The position numbers and the translations under genes are program-made. DNA of 27,146 nt from a virus (lineage: Duplodnaviria; Caudoviricetes). This document shows positions 15,383 to 24,916 of the stretch, one piece after another. Below the pieces are notes generated by a model that searched no databases, was not told the DNA's origin, and was given only the letters and a program-made list of their open reading frames with translations. Location of the stretch: IMG/VR virus record IMGVR_UViG_3300018073_000022, positions 1-27,146 of that record; one strand, given 5' to 3'. Position 1 is the stretch's first letter, and each line of letters begins with the position of its first letter.

Positions 15383-16824
15383 TGGTTGGTTCTCTCATCG
15401 AGCATGATTCGCTGACCAGTTTTCGGGTTGACCATGATATTCGGCGTTCCCCGTGGTGGCGCAGCGGAGGGAGCAGGAGGACCGACACCTTGCCAAGGTT
15501 GAGCGGCAGGCCCCCGCACAGCAGGCCCTGGAGGTGGAGGAATGATGTCAGGACCGAGCGGATTCGGAGGCTCTTCGAATCCTGACTTCCCTTGCATCCT
15601 TTGCGCCTCCCGGTAGCGTTTCATCGCTAACTCGTTTACCGCCTTGTCGTGGTCCGCCTGACTGGGTGGCTGATAGGTCGTGTTAGCGTTGTAGGCAGCC
15701 TGCACTGCGTTCCGCTCCCTGGCAGCTATATCATCACCCGCCTCTTTGAGGAAGGGCAGGAACTTTTCGTTAGTCTCCTTGGAGGCCATCCTCGCAGAGT
15801 TAGCTTGCGCCACGCCTAACTGCCCTTGATGTACCTTAAGCTCGCCATCCCTGATCCGGGCGGTCTCCGCACCCTGTTCTTTAAGTCGCTTGAGATTTTC
15901 CCTAGCGTTGATAAGTTCGCTTTCTTTGATGAGAATGTTTTGGTCGGCGACCTGAGCCTCATGTTCCCTTTGAGCCTTGAGTGAGTCAGCATTCTGCTGC
16001 GCAGTTTCAGCGGTTCGCCTCGCGGTATTGCCTTTATCGATTGCTTCCATCTCCCTGACGGCGGCATCCTGTCGGGCTTGGTTGCGCTTGCCCTTCGCAT
16101 CCTCGGCTTCGTCCTTGATTTTCTGCTGCCGCGATTTGCTCTCAGCTATCTCCTGCTCGCTCTTCAACTTATCGATAGCAGCCTTATCCTGCTTCGCTTT
16201 CCACTCGCGCTCCGCTAACTCACGAGCAACCTGCATTTGCCTCTGCTGGGCGAGCGTGTTATACCCGGCAGTTACTGCGTTAACGGCGTTCCCTATGCCG
16301 CTCTCGCCGGGGTATCTGGCGCGAGTCATCTGCTGCCCTGCGGCTAAGGCAATTCCGGCTAAGCTGGGGTCAGTCAACCTATCCCAGATACCAGGCTTCT
16401 TAGCCTCAGCAGGCGGCTGCCATGTGCCCGCACCGGGACTTCCAGGAGGAATGATCGTATCAATCAACTTGTTGTCTTTGTCGAAGACGCGCTTAGTCCC
16501 ATCGTTATCTTCCTCTGTATAACCTCCGTCCGGATCGTAAGTCGTTTTAGCGCCTCTCTGCGCTGCCGGTTTTGGAGTAACAGTCCCGAGAGTCTCACCA
16601 AGAGATGGCGGCATCGTGCGCGGCGCACCGGGAGTAGGCATGGTGGGTCTGCCGAGCACCTCGCCCCGTTGGGCCATGCCGCCGCCTCCGTATCCAGGAG
16701 GAGTGCGGGCGTTCGGGTTGATCCCCGGCGTGCCGAACCCAGGATTGACTACCGGAGCGATGCCTCCGAACTTCTGTGCGAGAGCCATCAGCAATTGCGG
16801 ATTAATGGGCGGTACGGCTGGCAT
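15364..16824 (-). CDS. Probable internal virion/ejection protein (486 aa, coiled coil)
   Basis: Position before the large ejection protein; long Q/E/K/A-rich helical region; C-terminal NPKTGQRI.L....QWVP motif. Confidence 0.7.
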   Translation of the reverse strand: MPAVPPINPQLLMALAQKFGGIAPVVNPGFGTPGINPNARTPPGYGGGGMAQRGEVLGRPTMPTPGAPRTMPPSLGETLGTVTPKPAAQRGAKTTYDPDGGYTEEDNDGTKRVFDKDNKLIDTIIPPGSPGAGTWQPPAEAKKPGIWDRLTDPSLAGIALAAGQQMTRARYPGESGIGNAVNAVTAGYNTLAQQRQMQVARELAEREWKAKQDKAAIDKLKSEQEIAESKSRQQKIKDEAEDAKGKRNQARQDAAVREMEAIDKGNTARRTAETAQQNADSLKAQREHEAQVADQNILIKESELINARENLKRLKEQGAETARIRDGELKVHQGQLGVAQANSARMASKETNEKFLPFLKEAGDDIAARERNAVQAAYNANTTYQPPSQADHDKAVNELAMKRYREAQRMQGKSGFEEPPNPLGPDIIPPPPGPAVRGPAAQPWQGVGPPAPSAAPPRGTPNIMVNPKTGQRIMLDERTNQWVPAP

Positions 16825-17807
16825 TACTTAACTCCTGCGAGAAGCTGACCGATCGAGGGAATGGGGTTGCCGCGGCCTTGCGGCTTGAAGACGGGGGCGA
16901 CGGGGGTGTGCGGGCCGAGGTGCGCGTAGGGCGCGGGCGTGGTGGTGGTGCCGCCCTGGAACGCGGCGAGCATGGGCAGCGCGGCGAGCAGCTTGCCCAC
17001 TCCCGGCTGCTGCTGCTGCTGCTTGCCTCCCGGCTGCTGCGGTTGAGGCGTCTGCGGCGGGGGGTTTTTGGTGTCCAGTTTCGGAATGATCTTCGGCGGG
17101 ACTACTACTTTGGGCGGCTTGGTTGTGGTCGTGCCGCCGGGCGGAGGATTGGGTGTGAAACCTCCCCATGGATATTTGCCGGGAAACGGATACTCCGGAT
17201 CTGGAAAGCCGGTTACTTCCGTCCTAAAAACGGGGTCGCTCGGCGGAGGATTGGGATTGAACTCAAACTGAGGCCAGCCGACGATGTCAGGCGGTGGCTT
17301 GTAGGTTCCTTCCGCCGTGAACGTGGCAGGCGGAGGATTTGGTTCCCAGTCCGCTACCGGATACTCGCCGGGAAACGGGTAACTCGGATCCATGAAGTCG
17401 GTGCCGGTCACATTGAAATTCACACCGCCGCCGGTGCCAGTGCCGCCGACTTGCGGCAAGGACGAGAGGTACTCGGCAAGATACGGATCGATCTGAGATC
17501 CGGTGTAATCAAGGGGAGGCGGAGGGTTGCCTATGACCTCAGTAGTAAAAGTCGGATCTCCTGTTCCAGGCGCGAAGCTCCCAGGATCGGTTCCTCCGGG
17601 CGTCTCGACGGTCTGCCCCTCGTTGGGTGTCGTCGGAGCCGTGCCCCCCGATTGCGCTATCTGATCCTGCCAGGAGGTGACCGGCGTGTTGTAGCCGTAG
17701 GGATCGTAGGCACCGTAAGGATTGTTGTAGTTCCACCAATAGCCCCCGGTATCGTAGGGATCGTAGCCCCCGGTATTGCCTGGCGGCCGGTTGCCAATGT
17801 ATTCCAT
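16824..17807 (-). CDS. Pro/Gly/Thr-rich repetitive protein, probable virion/ejection component (327 aa)
   Basis: AGGAG SD; TAATG overlap downstream; internal repeats DPxYPFPGxYP...PNPPP. Confidence 0.7.
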   Translation of the reverse strand: MEYIGNRPPGNTGGYDPYDTGGYWWNYNNPYGAYDPYGYNTPVTSWQDQIAQSGGTAPTTPNEGQTVETPGGTDPGSFAPGTGDPTFTTEVIGNPPPPLDYTGSQIDPYLAEYLSSLPQVGGTGTGGGVNFNVTGTDFMDPSYPFPGEYPVADWEPNPPPATFTAEGTYKPPPDIVGWPQFEFNPNPPPSDPVFRTEVTGFPDPEYPFPGKYPWGGFTPNPPPGGTTTTKPPKVVVPPKIIPKLDTKNPPPQTPQPQQPGGKQQQQQPGVGKLLAALPMLAAFQGGTTTTPAPYAHLGPHTPVAPVFKPQGRGNPIPSIGQLLAGVK

Positions 17808-17816
17808 ATCGTCTCC

Positions 17817-18722
17817 TTACCCGAAGAAGTTGCTGGTGCCGCCAGGAGGTGTGCCTACCGAGGTGCCCCCCGGCGCCACAATCGGCGGCGTCCCGGCGGT
17901 GGTTCCCTGCTTACGTATCTGTTCGATGATCTGAAGCAGAGCCGGAATACTCAGCCCGGCGCCGATGATGGCTGACGCCGTACTCGGCTGCGGCACCTTC
18001 ACTTCTGACTGCGCCTCGGCCCCGAACGGCTGACGAATGAGATTCCCATAGTTCAGCAGGTTCTCATACGGCAACCGCTGCTCATACTCATACCGGTTGG
18101 CATTCTCATTCCTCTGCGCTTCCTCCTGCGCCCGGATCTGCGCGCCCACCGCACCCGTGATCTGCCCCGGCGCCGTCAGATTCGCCTGCAACTGCGGCAG
18201 CTGCTGCATGGTCTGCATCGCCTGCTGCTGAGCCGACAGATAGCCCTGGTTCGCCAGACCAGACGACACTTCCCCAGCCACGCGCTCGGCATCCCGCACC
18301 GCCTGCGCCTCCCCGATCGATTGCCGCGAGCCGCCGTAGCCGCCCGACGCAATCCCCTGGTGCCGGATGGCCGGCAGCGCCCGCGTCAGAAGCTGATCGC
18401 CGATGGGTGCCACCGCCGCCGAGATCGCGTTCTTCAGGTACGGATTGGTCGCCGGATCGCGCCCCGCGCCGAGGTTGAATTCCGCTGACTTCGTCCCGAG
18501 CTCGGCGAGGTACTGCGCCGGCGTGACCGCGGCACCGAGCTGCTTCTGCGCGGCAAGCTCGTCCTGATTGAAATCAGCAACGCGAGGCTCAGGGCTAAGT
18601 TTGGGTCCACCCTGACCATAGAGCCTCGTGCTCTCGTCGATAAAGTTTTTGACCGCAGGTTGCTGCCACTGCGGGTAGCTACTAGTCGACGTCGAGACGT
18701 TGCCGCCTGCGCTCTTTCCCAT
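17817..18722 (-). CDS. Probable DNA transfer/ejection (pilot) protein (301 aa)
   Basis: GGAGGT SD; MGKS.GG..ST...P.WQQP start, NPYL, G.YGGSRQ, Q/A-rich helices, YEQ.LPY..L..Y, C-terminal hydrophobic Gly segment; typical podoviral position. Confidence 0.75.
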   Translation of the reverse strand: MGKSAGGNVSTSTSSYPQWQQPAVKNFIDESTRLYGQGGPKLSPEPRVADFNQDELAAQKQLGAAVTPAQYLAELGTKSAEFNLGAGRDPATNPYLKNAISAAVAPIGDQLLTRALPAIRHQGIASGGYGGSRQSIGEAQAVRDAERVAGEVSSGLANQGYLSAQQQAMQTMQQLPQLQANLTAPGQITGAVGAQIRAQEEAQRNENANRYEYEQRLPYENLLNYGNLIRQPFGAEAQSEVKVPQPSTASAIIGAGLSIPALLQIIEQIRKQGTTAGTPPIVAPGGTSVGTPPGGTSNFFG

Positions 18723-19215
18723 GCTGCTTTACCTCCATGATCAATGTCGTATAGGCGACCTCGAACCCCAGAGGGGCGAGTAATCGCGCCAGTCCTTTGC
18801 GTCCGGAAGCCTCGAGCCGAGATGCGCCCTGCTCCCGCGCGAAGATCTCGAGGGCGACTCGGGCGTGGCCCGACCAATCCTTGAAGTGGATGCCCTGGAG
18901 CAGGACGATGCGAAGCACCCGCATGCAGGGATATTCCGAAAGTTCCGTCAATATCACGCCAAGTAACTCCGCACCGTCACCCGCAAGAGCTACCCAAATT
19001 TGTTGCCGATCAGCAGCCACGAGCGCCTTGATGGAACTCTCGCTCAATTCCCCGTGGCAATAGCGCAGCGCCTCTTGAAGATACGGAGTCAACCTCACCC
19101 ACACTGCAGGCTCGATCGCCATATCGGCAGCGATGCGGGTAACCTGCAACTTGCGCGGGGCAAGCTGCGTAGCGGCGACCGGTGGGGCTTCGAGTTCTAC
19201 GGCTGCTGTTTCCAT
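18682..19215 (-). CDS. GNAT-like protein of the podoviral tail/ejection module
   Basis: QIWVA...GVILTE...YP..RVLRIVLLQG..F..W......E.FARE.G.SRLEASGRKGL.RLL...GF pattern; position just before the ejection genes. Confidence 0.7.
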   Translation of the reverse strand: METAAVELEAPPVAATQLAPRKLQVTRIAADMAIEPAVWVRLTPYLQEALRYCHGELSESSIKALVAADRQQIWVALAGDGAELLGVILTELSEYPCMRVLRIVLLQGIHFKDWSGHARVALEIFAREQGASRLEASGRKGLARLLAPLGFEVAYTTLIMEVKQHGKERRRQRLDVD

Positions 19216-19559
19216 ATCTTTTCCAACGAAGCAGTCTCGGTGATCTGCTTAACGAGCGGCTCGAGCCACACCGCGTCGTTCACTCTGAGGGGGGCCACCT
19301 CGATCACGGCGGCTAGAGCTTTGGCCTCCTCGTCCTCGAGTTCAATCGTCCTCGAACCGTACTCCGGACTGATTGGCTTCCACAGATATTTGTCTCCCAC
19401 CGCAGTAAACTCGCTCTCCCGCTGCTCGGCATCGCTGAGGCGCAGCTTCTCGATCAACCGCAGGAACACCGCGGCTTCCTTCAGGTTCGCCGCACTGTGG
19501 TTTCCCACGGTGCTCCAAAGATACACGCGCTGGTAGAACTTAAGATCAAGACTTTGCAT
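19197..19559 (-). CDS. Hypothetical protein (120 aa), possibly tail-fibre associated
   Basis: Start at ATG 19559, just after the upstream stop; acidic helical sequence. Confidence 0.7.
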   Translation of the reverse strand: MQSLDLKFYQRVYLWSTVGNHSAANLKEAAVFLRLIEKLRLSDAEQRESEFTAVGDKYLWKPISPEYGSRTIELEDEEAKALAAVIEVAPLRVNDAVWLEPLVKQITETASLEKIWKQQP

Positions 19560-19564
19560 ATCGT

Positions 19565-19852
19565 TCACATCAATTTGTTTATGACGGCCTCGACTGCGCC
19601 CTGTAACGCTGCGTCGGAGACTGCTGCTCCATCCTGCTGAATCGCCGGGTCCATCACCACGGGAGGCTGAACCTGTGCCGCCACCATGTCGGGAGCCTGG
19701 AAGGTTTGCACAGCCCATTTCTGGCGCGTTTGATGGGCTGGGGTACTGGTTGCCTCGATCATTATCGAGTCAGCATATTTTAAAACTGCCACTTTGCAGC
19801 GACCCCGGAATTCGCTATTTTGCATCAATTCACTGCTCTCTGCGTATGTCAT
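19565..19852 (-). CDS. Hypothetical protein (95 aa), probably tail-fibre associated
   Basis: AGGAG SD before ATG 19852; MTYAESSELM...FRGR.KVA...A...H..R..WA. Confidence 0.8.
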   Translation of the reverse strand: MTYAESSELMQNSEFRGRCKVAVLKYADSIMIEATSTPAHQTRQKWAVQTFQAPDMVAAQVQPPVVMDPAIQQDGAAVSDAALQGAVEAVINKLM

Positions 19853-19929
19853 AATGACTCCTGCTGTAGAGCGAGTGGACGCGCAAACATCCACCCGCTC
19901 AGACACCCTGGAAAGTTGAGATTTCCTGA

Positions 19930-20505
19930 ATGTCCCAAACCGATTCTATCCTTGATCTGCTGGATAAATACGTCCCAAATCGACAGCCGGATCACTGTTG
20001 GCTCTGGACCGGATATATCAAATCCACTGGTTACGGTATTTGCCACTGGCAAAAGAAAACCCATAGGGCACACCGGCTGGTGTACGAGTATCTCGTCAGC
20101 GCTGTCCCGAAAGGCCTTGAACTCGACCACCTCTGCCGAAACCGCGCTTGTGTGAACCCTGCTCATTTGGAGCCAGTTACTCACAAAGAGAACATGCGCC
20201 GTGGCTACCGGAGTGAACGGACTCACTGCGTTCATGGCCATGAGCTTATCGGGGAAAATACTCGCTGGTATGGCACTCAACGCATTTGTAGAACCTGCGC
20301 ACAGCAACACTATCGACGCCACCAGAATTGGCAGGGTGGGCCTTTTAACCGAGACAAGACTCATTGCCCAAAGGGCCATGCTTACGACGAAGCAAACACC
20401 AGCATCAACAGAGCCGGATCTCGCGTCTGCCGGGAATGTAAAAACCAGCGGTCGCGCGCGAATTATCACAAAGCCGCCTCAATCAAGGCGGCGCTCTCTT
20501 CGTAA
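19930..20505 (+). CDS. HNH endonuclease with two C-terminal zinc-binding-like repeats
   Basis: CWLWTG...GYG...RAHRLVYE...LELDHLCRNRACVNPAHLEPVT.KEN..RG; THCVHGH...RICRTC and THCPKGH...RVCREC. Confidence 0.93.
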   Translation: MSQTDSILDLLDKYVPNRQPDHCWLWTGYIKSTGYGICHWQKKTHRAHRLVYEYLVSAVPKGLELDHLCRNRACVNPAHLEPVTHKENMRRGYRSERTHCVHGHELIGENTRWYGTQRICRTCAQQHYRRHQNWQGGPFNRDKTHCPKGHAYDEANTSINRAGSRVCRECKNQRSRANYHKAASIKAALSS

Positions 20506-20521
20506 GTCATACGGTTTCTTC

Positions 20522-21943
20522 CTATGTGGTGGTAAGTTGGACGGTCCTCAAAGTACCATCCGTCCTTCTGATATAGAGGAAAAGCTGGTTATCCGTCTGC
20601 CTCAGATACAAAGTCAGGCAGCCATTGGGCAGGGAGGCTGACACATCCTGACTGCTGCCAATGTACACCCCGCCGCCGGAGGCGTTCAGGAACAATGGAC
20701 CTCCCACCCCGCTATCCCATGTCTGGATGCAGCCGACGTATCCAGGCTGGCCTGAAAAATTACCATAGCCCAAGGTCATCCGGTAGCTGGGATTATTGGT
20801 GGCCTCCCCGATGGCCACCTGCTGGGAGGCGAGCGCCGGCGTGTTCGGGGTAGTGGATGGAATGACGGTCAGCCGGTGCGGCGCCTGTGCGTTGCCGATG
20901 CCTATGCCGAGATGGCCATTCGCTCCCAACGTCATATGCGCCAGGCCGGAAGTGATTGCGGCGCTAGCTGTAAAGGTGAGTACCCCGGACTGCGTTCCTA
21001 TGCCGATGGCAGTGCCGTCCCCCGCATCGTAGGTGGCGACTTTGACGGTGGCCAGACTCGTCCCGGTCGAGACCTTGGCGCCGGGAGTCGTTGTGTCGAT
21101 GCCGACATTGCCTCCCATTAAATTCACGGTCGCGGCATAAAGCGTAATCGGCTCTAAAGCTGACTGAGCAGAATCGGTGCCATGAAGGATTGGGCCGAGC
21201 AGTCCCGCCGGAAGACCAAACGACGCAGGGTCGCCGCGCACGATGAGCACCCGGTTGGCGGCCGCCTCGACAGTCAACTTGCCCGAACTAACAGTGCTGG
21301 TGCCGATGCCGACACTGCCCGTGCCGGTGAGGTTGAACCCAGCGGCGTTGATGTTCTGCAACCATGGCGTTTGGATCGAGCCGATGGTGGGTGCGCCAGT
21401 GATCTTGGCATATGCCAGACTCGTGATCCAGGCCGGGTCAGCATAACTGCCCAACGTCGACACCGCATTTGTTACCTGAGCTGCGGTGTAGTCTCCGGTT
21501 GCGGCTACGACTGCACCGGTGCGCGTGAAGACGCTCGTAACGCTACCGGCTCCGCCCCCGGTGATCGTAACGGTGGTGCGGCTGCCGCCCGCGTCATTGG
21601 TCGCGGTGACACCAGCCCCCACGAAATTCAGTGTGCTCTGAACCGGGAGCGCCACGCCCTCGTCCTGAACCAGGGTGATCCCGCCGCCGCCTCCCCCGCC
21701 GCTGCTCATCGCGTGCCACGCGCCGGCGTAATAGACGTAATAGCCCGCCCCGCTCCCCGGATTCCAGTCGGTGCCGTCGGCATAGACGAGCATGCCCTCG
21801 CGGGGTTTCCCCGGCGCCACATGCCAGATCTTGTGGAGCGAATCGCGGTGCCGGTTGATGTCGATCAACTGCTCCTCGGTGACGCTCCAGAGCATCTTGA
21901 GCGCCTCGCGCGTATCGTCGGGGAGCGGACGGTCTAAGGGCAT
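20522..21943 (-). CDS. Tail fibre / receptor-binding protein (473 aa)
   Basis: N-terminal PGKPREGMLVYADGTDWNPGSGAG.YVY..GAW module, poly-Gly hinge, VTSVFTRTGAVVAATGDY, repeated G.VGIGT.T fibre motifs. Confidence 0.85.
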   Translation of the reverse strand: MPLDRPLPDDTREALKMLWSVTEEQLIDINRHRDSLHKIWHVAPGKPREGMLVYADGTDWNPGSGAGYYVYYAGAWHAMSSGGGGGGGITLVQDEGVALPVQSTLNFVGAGVTATNDAGGSRTTVTITGGGAGSVTSVFTRTGAVVAATGDYTAAQVTNAVSTLGSYADPAWITSLAYAKITGAPTIGSIQTPWLQNINAAGFNLTGTGSVGIGTSTVSSGKLTVEAAANRVLIVRGDPASFGLPAGLLGPILHGTDSAQSALEPITLYAATVNLMGGNVGIDTTTPGAKVSTGTSLATVKVATYDAGDGTAIGIGTQSGVLTFTASAAITSGLAHMTLGANGHLGIGIGNAQAPHRLTVIPSTTPNTPALASQQVAIGEATNNPSYRMTLGYGNFSGQPGYVGCIQTWDSGVGGPLFLNASGGGVYIGSSQDVSASLPNGCLTLYLRQTDNQLFLYIRRTDGTLRTVQLTTT

Positions 21944-21944
21944 G

Positions 21945-23525
21945 TCATAGCCTCGCCGTCGGCTCCAGATCTAAGTCGAAGCCGATGAGCTTCCAGTTGG
22001 CGCCCACCTCGAAGCACTCGACGCGGTAGGCCAGATAGCGGAACGTGCCGAAGAAGCCGAGCTTCACGGTCGTCCCCTGCGTGAAGTTCTGCGCGGGCTG
22101 CCACGAGACCGGAGCCTTGCGGCCCATCGAGAACCCGATGGCAATCGAGAAGGTGATTCCGTCGTCGCACACGAACTTGGGCCAAATCTCGCGCATCACC
22201 GCCAGGTGCCCGTGGTCGATCACGATCTCGCCGCGCGAGGTGCCCTTCACCGCCACGCCGATGCGCTCGACCCAGTTGGGCGAGGCGTCATCCATGTCCA
22301 CCTTGTCCCCATTCACCCGGAGCACCAACTCCGTACTCATCAGGGCAAGCCCCTCGACCGAGCGCTCGTAGGTATTGCTTTCCCAGGTAGTGGGGTCTTG
22401 CGCGGGCCAGTCGCCCACCACCGTAGCCCAGGTACTGGCGCTGCCGGTCAGCGAAGTCGGACCGGACGAGATGGCGTGGTAGTTGTCTTCGATGTCGCGG
22501 ATCGTCCAGGTGTCGAATTGCCAGTTCCAGACCAGGGCGAGGTTATTGACCGCGGTGCCGCCGGAGGAAAAGGTGATCCAGATCTCCTTGGCGGTCATCT
22601 TCCGCACCACGCGCACCTTGTCATAGGAGGCAGGAGTCAGTTGCGAGAAGAACCAGCGCTTGGTCCGGTCGTAGCCTATACTCGTCACGCTTTGCAGGTC
22701 GTGGATGACGAAGTCGTCGCCGGTCACTTGGAAGACTTTGTTGAGGAAGGTGGCCGCGCAGCCCTGCGCGAGCGTGCCGATCTCCGAGAACACCCGGCGG
22801 AAGGCCATGATGTCCTGGCCGCCAATGAAGGTCATCGCCCACGTTTGGCTCCCGGTCATGATCATGAACTGGTTGCCGACCTGCATGCCGTCGATGATGC
22901 GGTCTTCGCCTTCTGAAAGCGAAACCTGCCCGGCATCGAGTGTCTCGTCAGCTACATCCCAGGAGGGCGGGATTCCCAACGGATCGGCCGGGTGCGACCA
23001 CATGACGAGGCGATCGTCGCGTTCACCTGAGATCGTCACATCGAGAGCCACCAGGAATTCCTTGAAAGGCGCGATCACCTTGGCGCGGTGCGTGGCGGGC
23101 CAGTTGGAGAGGTCGGCCAGATCAGACGCCGCGCTCGGCAGATCCCAGTTCTGGGGCACGTCAACGCCGTTGTTCAGGATCAGGTGGTCGTTGAACATGC
23201 CGCCGTTCCAGAAGTCTTGCGCCGTTCCGGTATAAGGGCCGGCAAGGCGGGTGATATCGGTGACGGTATCGCCCGAGAGAGCCATCACCTGTTGAAGGCT
23301 CGTGTAGACCCAGAACCTGCCGATCAGGCTGTGGACGTAGAAGAGGCCATAGGGGATGGGCGAGCCGCCGGCATCAGTCACGGTGTGCCAGGAGGGCGCC
23401 CGCTGGACGCCGCCGAGTTCGAATTGCACGTTGCGGCAATCGTTCCAAAAGGCGGGCGGCAGGTCGTAGGGGGGCTGGTCGATGATGAGCCCGGTCTTGC
23501 CGACGAATTGGACGGGGACGATCAT
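21945..23525 (-). CDS. Tail nozzle / packaged-DNA stabilisation protein (P22 gp10-like)
   Basis: GLI.DQPPYDLP...W....NV.F start, beta-rich repeats, VMWSHPADP..IP.SWD; follows the adaptor gene. Confidence 0.8.
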   Translation of the reverse strand: MIVPVQFVGKTGLIIDQPPYDLPPAFWNDCRNVQFELGGVQRAPSWHTVTDAGGSPIPYGLFYVHSLIGRFWVYTSLQQVMALSGDTVTDITRLAGPYTGTAQDFWNGGMFNDHLILNNGVDVPQNWDLPSAASDLADLSNWPATHRAKVIAPFKEFLVALDVTISGERDDRLVMWSHPADPLGIPPSWDVADETLDAGQVSLSEGEDRIIDGMQVGNQFMIMTGSQTWAMTFIGGQDIMAFRRVFSEIGTLAQGCAATFLNKVFQVTGDDFVIHDLQSVTSIGYDRTKRWFFSQLTPASYDKVRVVRKMTAKEIWITFSSGGTAVNNLALVWNWQFDTWTIRDIEDNYHAISSGPTSLTGSASTWATVVGDWPAQDPTTWESNTYERSVEGLALMSTELVLRVNGDKVDMDDASPNWVERIGVAVKGTSRGEIVIDHGHLAVMREIWPKFVCDDGITFSIAIGFSMGRKAPVSWQPAQNFTQGTTVKLGFFGTFRYLAYRVECFEVGANWKLIGFDLDLEPTARL

Positions 23526-24193
23526 TGATGACCGGCCTCCCAGTGAACTTGCCCGAGCAGGGCGTCTTCGCCCGAACCGATGACGGCGCGGCGCATGGAC
23601 TCGAGGCGCGAGGTGGTCTCCTGGGCAATACGGCGCCGGGCTTCGGCACGGTCCTGCCCAAACAGCGTGGCCGCCTCGTTATCGCGGATGTTGCGCGCCA
23701 CATGCCATCCGGCTTCGGCGACCAGGAGGTCTTCGGCTTTGGTGCTCCAGAGGTTCTCGCTCGATCCGTTCGTGAGCGGGACATCCCGTTTGTAGTAAGG
23801 AATGTCAAACGTGTAACTCTGATCGGGAGCGGGGGTCATACCCACGAAGGAACCAATGATATAGAAATTTTTGGGTACGCCGAAGCCAGGTTCCATGGTG
23901 ACGTGCTCTAAGTAAGCACCGTAGACCAGGAAGGAGCGGTTGTAATACTCCGTACTATTGGTGGGCTTGCGGATATAGATGATGTCCTCGATCAATTCGA
24001 TGAAATCATCCGGCAAGATTTGTGTCGTGGCGTCGGAATCGACGGTGGCCACTGCCTGCAAAAACCAGGGATAGGGCGGCGTCTTTTCGAGCGCCCGCTG
24101 CGCCTGCTGAATCTCCCGATAGATCATCTGGTTGATGTCGGAGCGCTGCCCCAGCCGACCGGCGAGAAGAGCGGTCATGTCATCGAGTGTCAT
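23522..24193 (-). CDS. Head-tail adaptor (tail tubular protein A-like)
   Basis: Helical N-terminus, PWFL, LPDDFIE, G.PK.FYI, P.PDQSY.F...YY, N.W....EDLL. Confidence 0.75.
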   Translation of the reverse strand: MTLDDMTALLAGRLGQRSDINQMIYREIQQAQRALEKTPPYPWFLQAVATVDSDATTQILPDDFIELIEDIIYIRKPTNSTEYYNRSFLVYGAYLEHVTMEPGFGVPKNFYIIGSFVGMTPAPDQSYTFDIPYYKRDVPLTNGSSENLWSTKAEDLLVAEAGWHVARNIRDNEAATLFGQDRAEARRRIAQETTSRLESMRRAVIGSGEDALLGQVHWEAGHQ

Positions 24194-24196
24194 GGC

Positions 24197-24916
24197 TTAC
24201 CACCCGTACTCCATGACGATGCAGTAGCCGGAACCTCCGGCTCCTCCGGGAGCCGAGCTGGCATCGCCGACGAAACCGCCCCCGCCGCCGCCGCCGCTGT
24301 TGGGGGAAGCATCGCCGGCCGAGAACCCGCCGTTCCCGCCGCCCTGACCGCCGAAGCTCGCCGAGCCGGACTGGGAAGGATCTCCGAACATGCCGAAATG
24401 GCCAGGGAAAATAATGTCCCCGGTGCTGATATTCCTGGCGTGAACGCCCCCAGGATAGTGAGCGATCCCTCCGTTAATACCGCCCTTGGCCTGGCATTGC
24501 GTGACCGGTCCGGCCGTGGTGAAGGTGGTGTCTTCCCCCGGCGAGCCTAATCCCGCCGGCGCCGTCCCTCCTATGCCGCCGGCCCCGATGGTGACCGTGG
24601 CGCTGGCGATAGCGGAGACATCGAGTAGCTTGATGGCAACCGCCCCGCTCGAACCACTTCCTCCCGAGTAGGCGTCTATCGTGCCGCCATTCCCGCCGCC
24701 CCCGCCGCCGAGGCAATAAATGAGGATTTTCTTCACGTTCGCTGGACGGTTCCATGTTCCTGAAATGGTGTACTCCCGGATGCCCGTCAGGAAGGTAATC
24801 GACTGCATCACCGTCTTGATGAGGCGGATGTGGTCGTCGCCCGCCGAGACGGCGTCGGTCGAGAGCGGATTGGCGGGGACCAAATCCCCGATGCCCGTGC
24901 CTGTTTCAAGCCCCAT
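24197..24916 (-). CDS. Glycine-rich short fibre / virion protein
   Basis: MGLETGT.I.DLVPANP..TD.VS.GDDHIRLIK.V fibre N-terminus, then SGTW.RP..V......GGGGGG...GG.GG.G.CIV.EY Gly-rich domain. Confidence 0.8.
   Translation of the reverse strand: MGLETGTGIGDLVPANPLSTDAVSAGDDHIRLIKTVMQSITFLTGIREYTISGTWNRPANVKKILIYCLGGGGGGNGGTIDAYSGGSGSSGAVAIKLLDVSAIASATVTIGAGGIGGTAPAGLGSPGEDTTFTTAGPVTQCQAKGGINGGIAHYPGGVHARNISTGDIIFPGHFGMFGDPSQSGSASFGGQGGGNGGFSAGDASPNSGGGGGGGFVGDASSAPGGAGGSGYCIVMEYGW

Noticed and set aside
17006-17040. CTG/CAG trinucleotide run
   Set aside because: It simply encodes a short poly-Gln stretch in a low-complexity protein.
17170-17390. Pair of similar ~30-bp sequences that might be a DGR template/variable repeat or CRISPR repeats
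   Set aside because: They are in-frame coding repeats within one gene, the differences are not adenine-specific, and there is no reverse transcriptase, cas gene or regular spacer pattern in the window.
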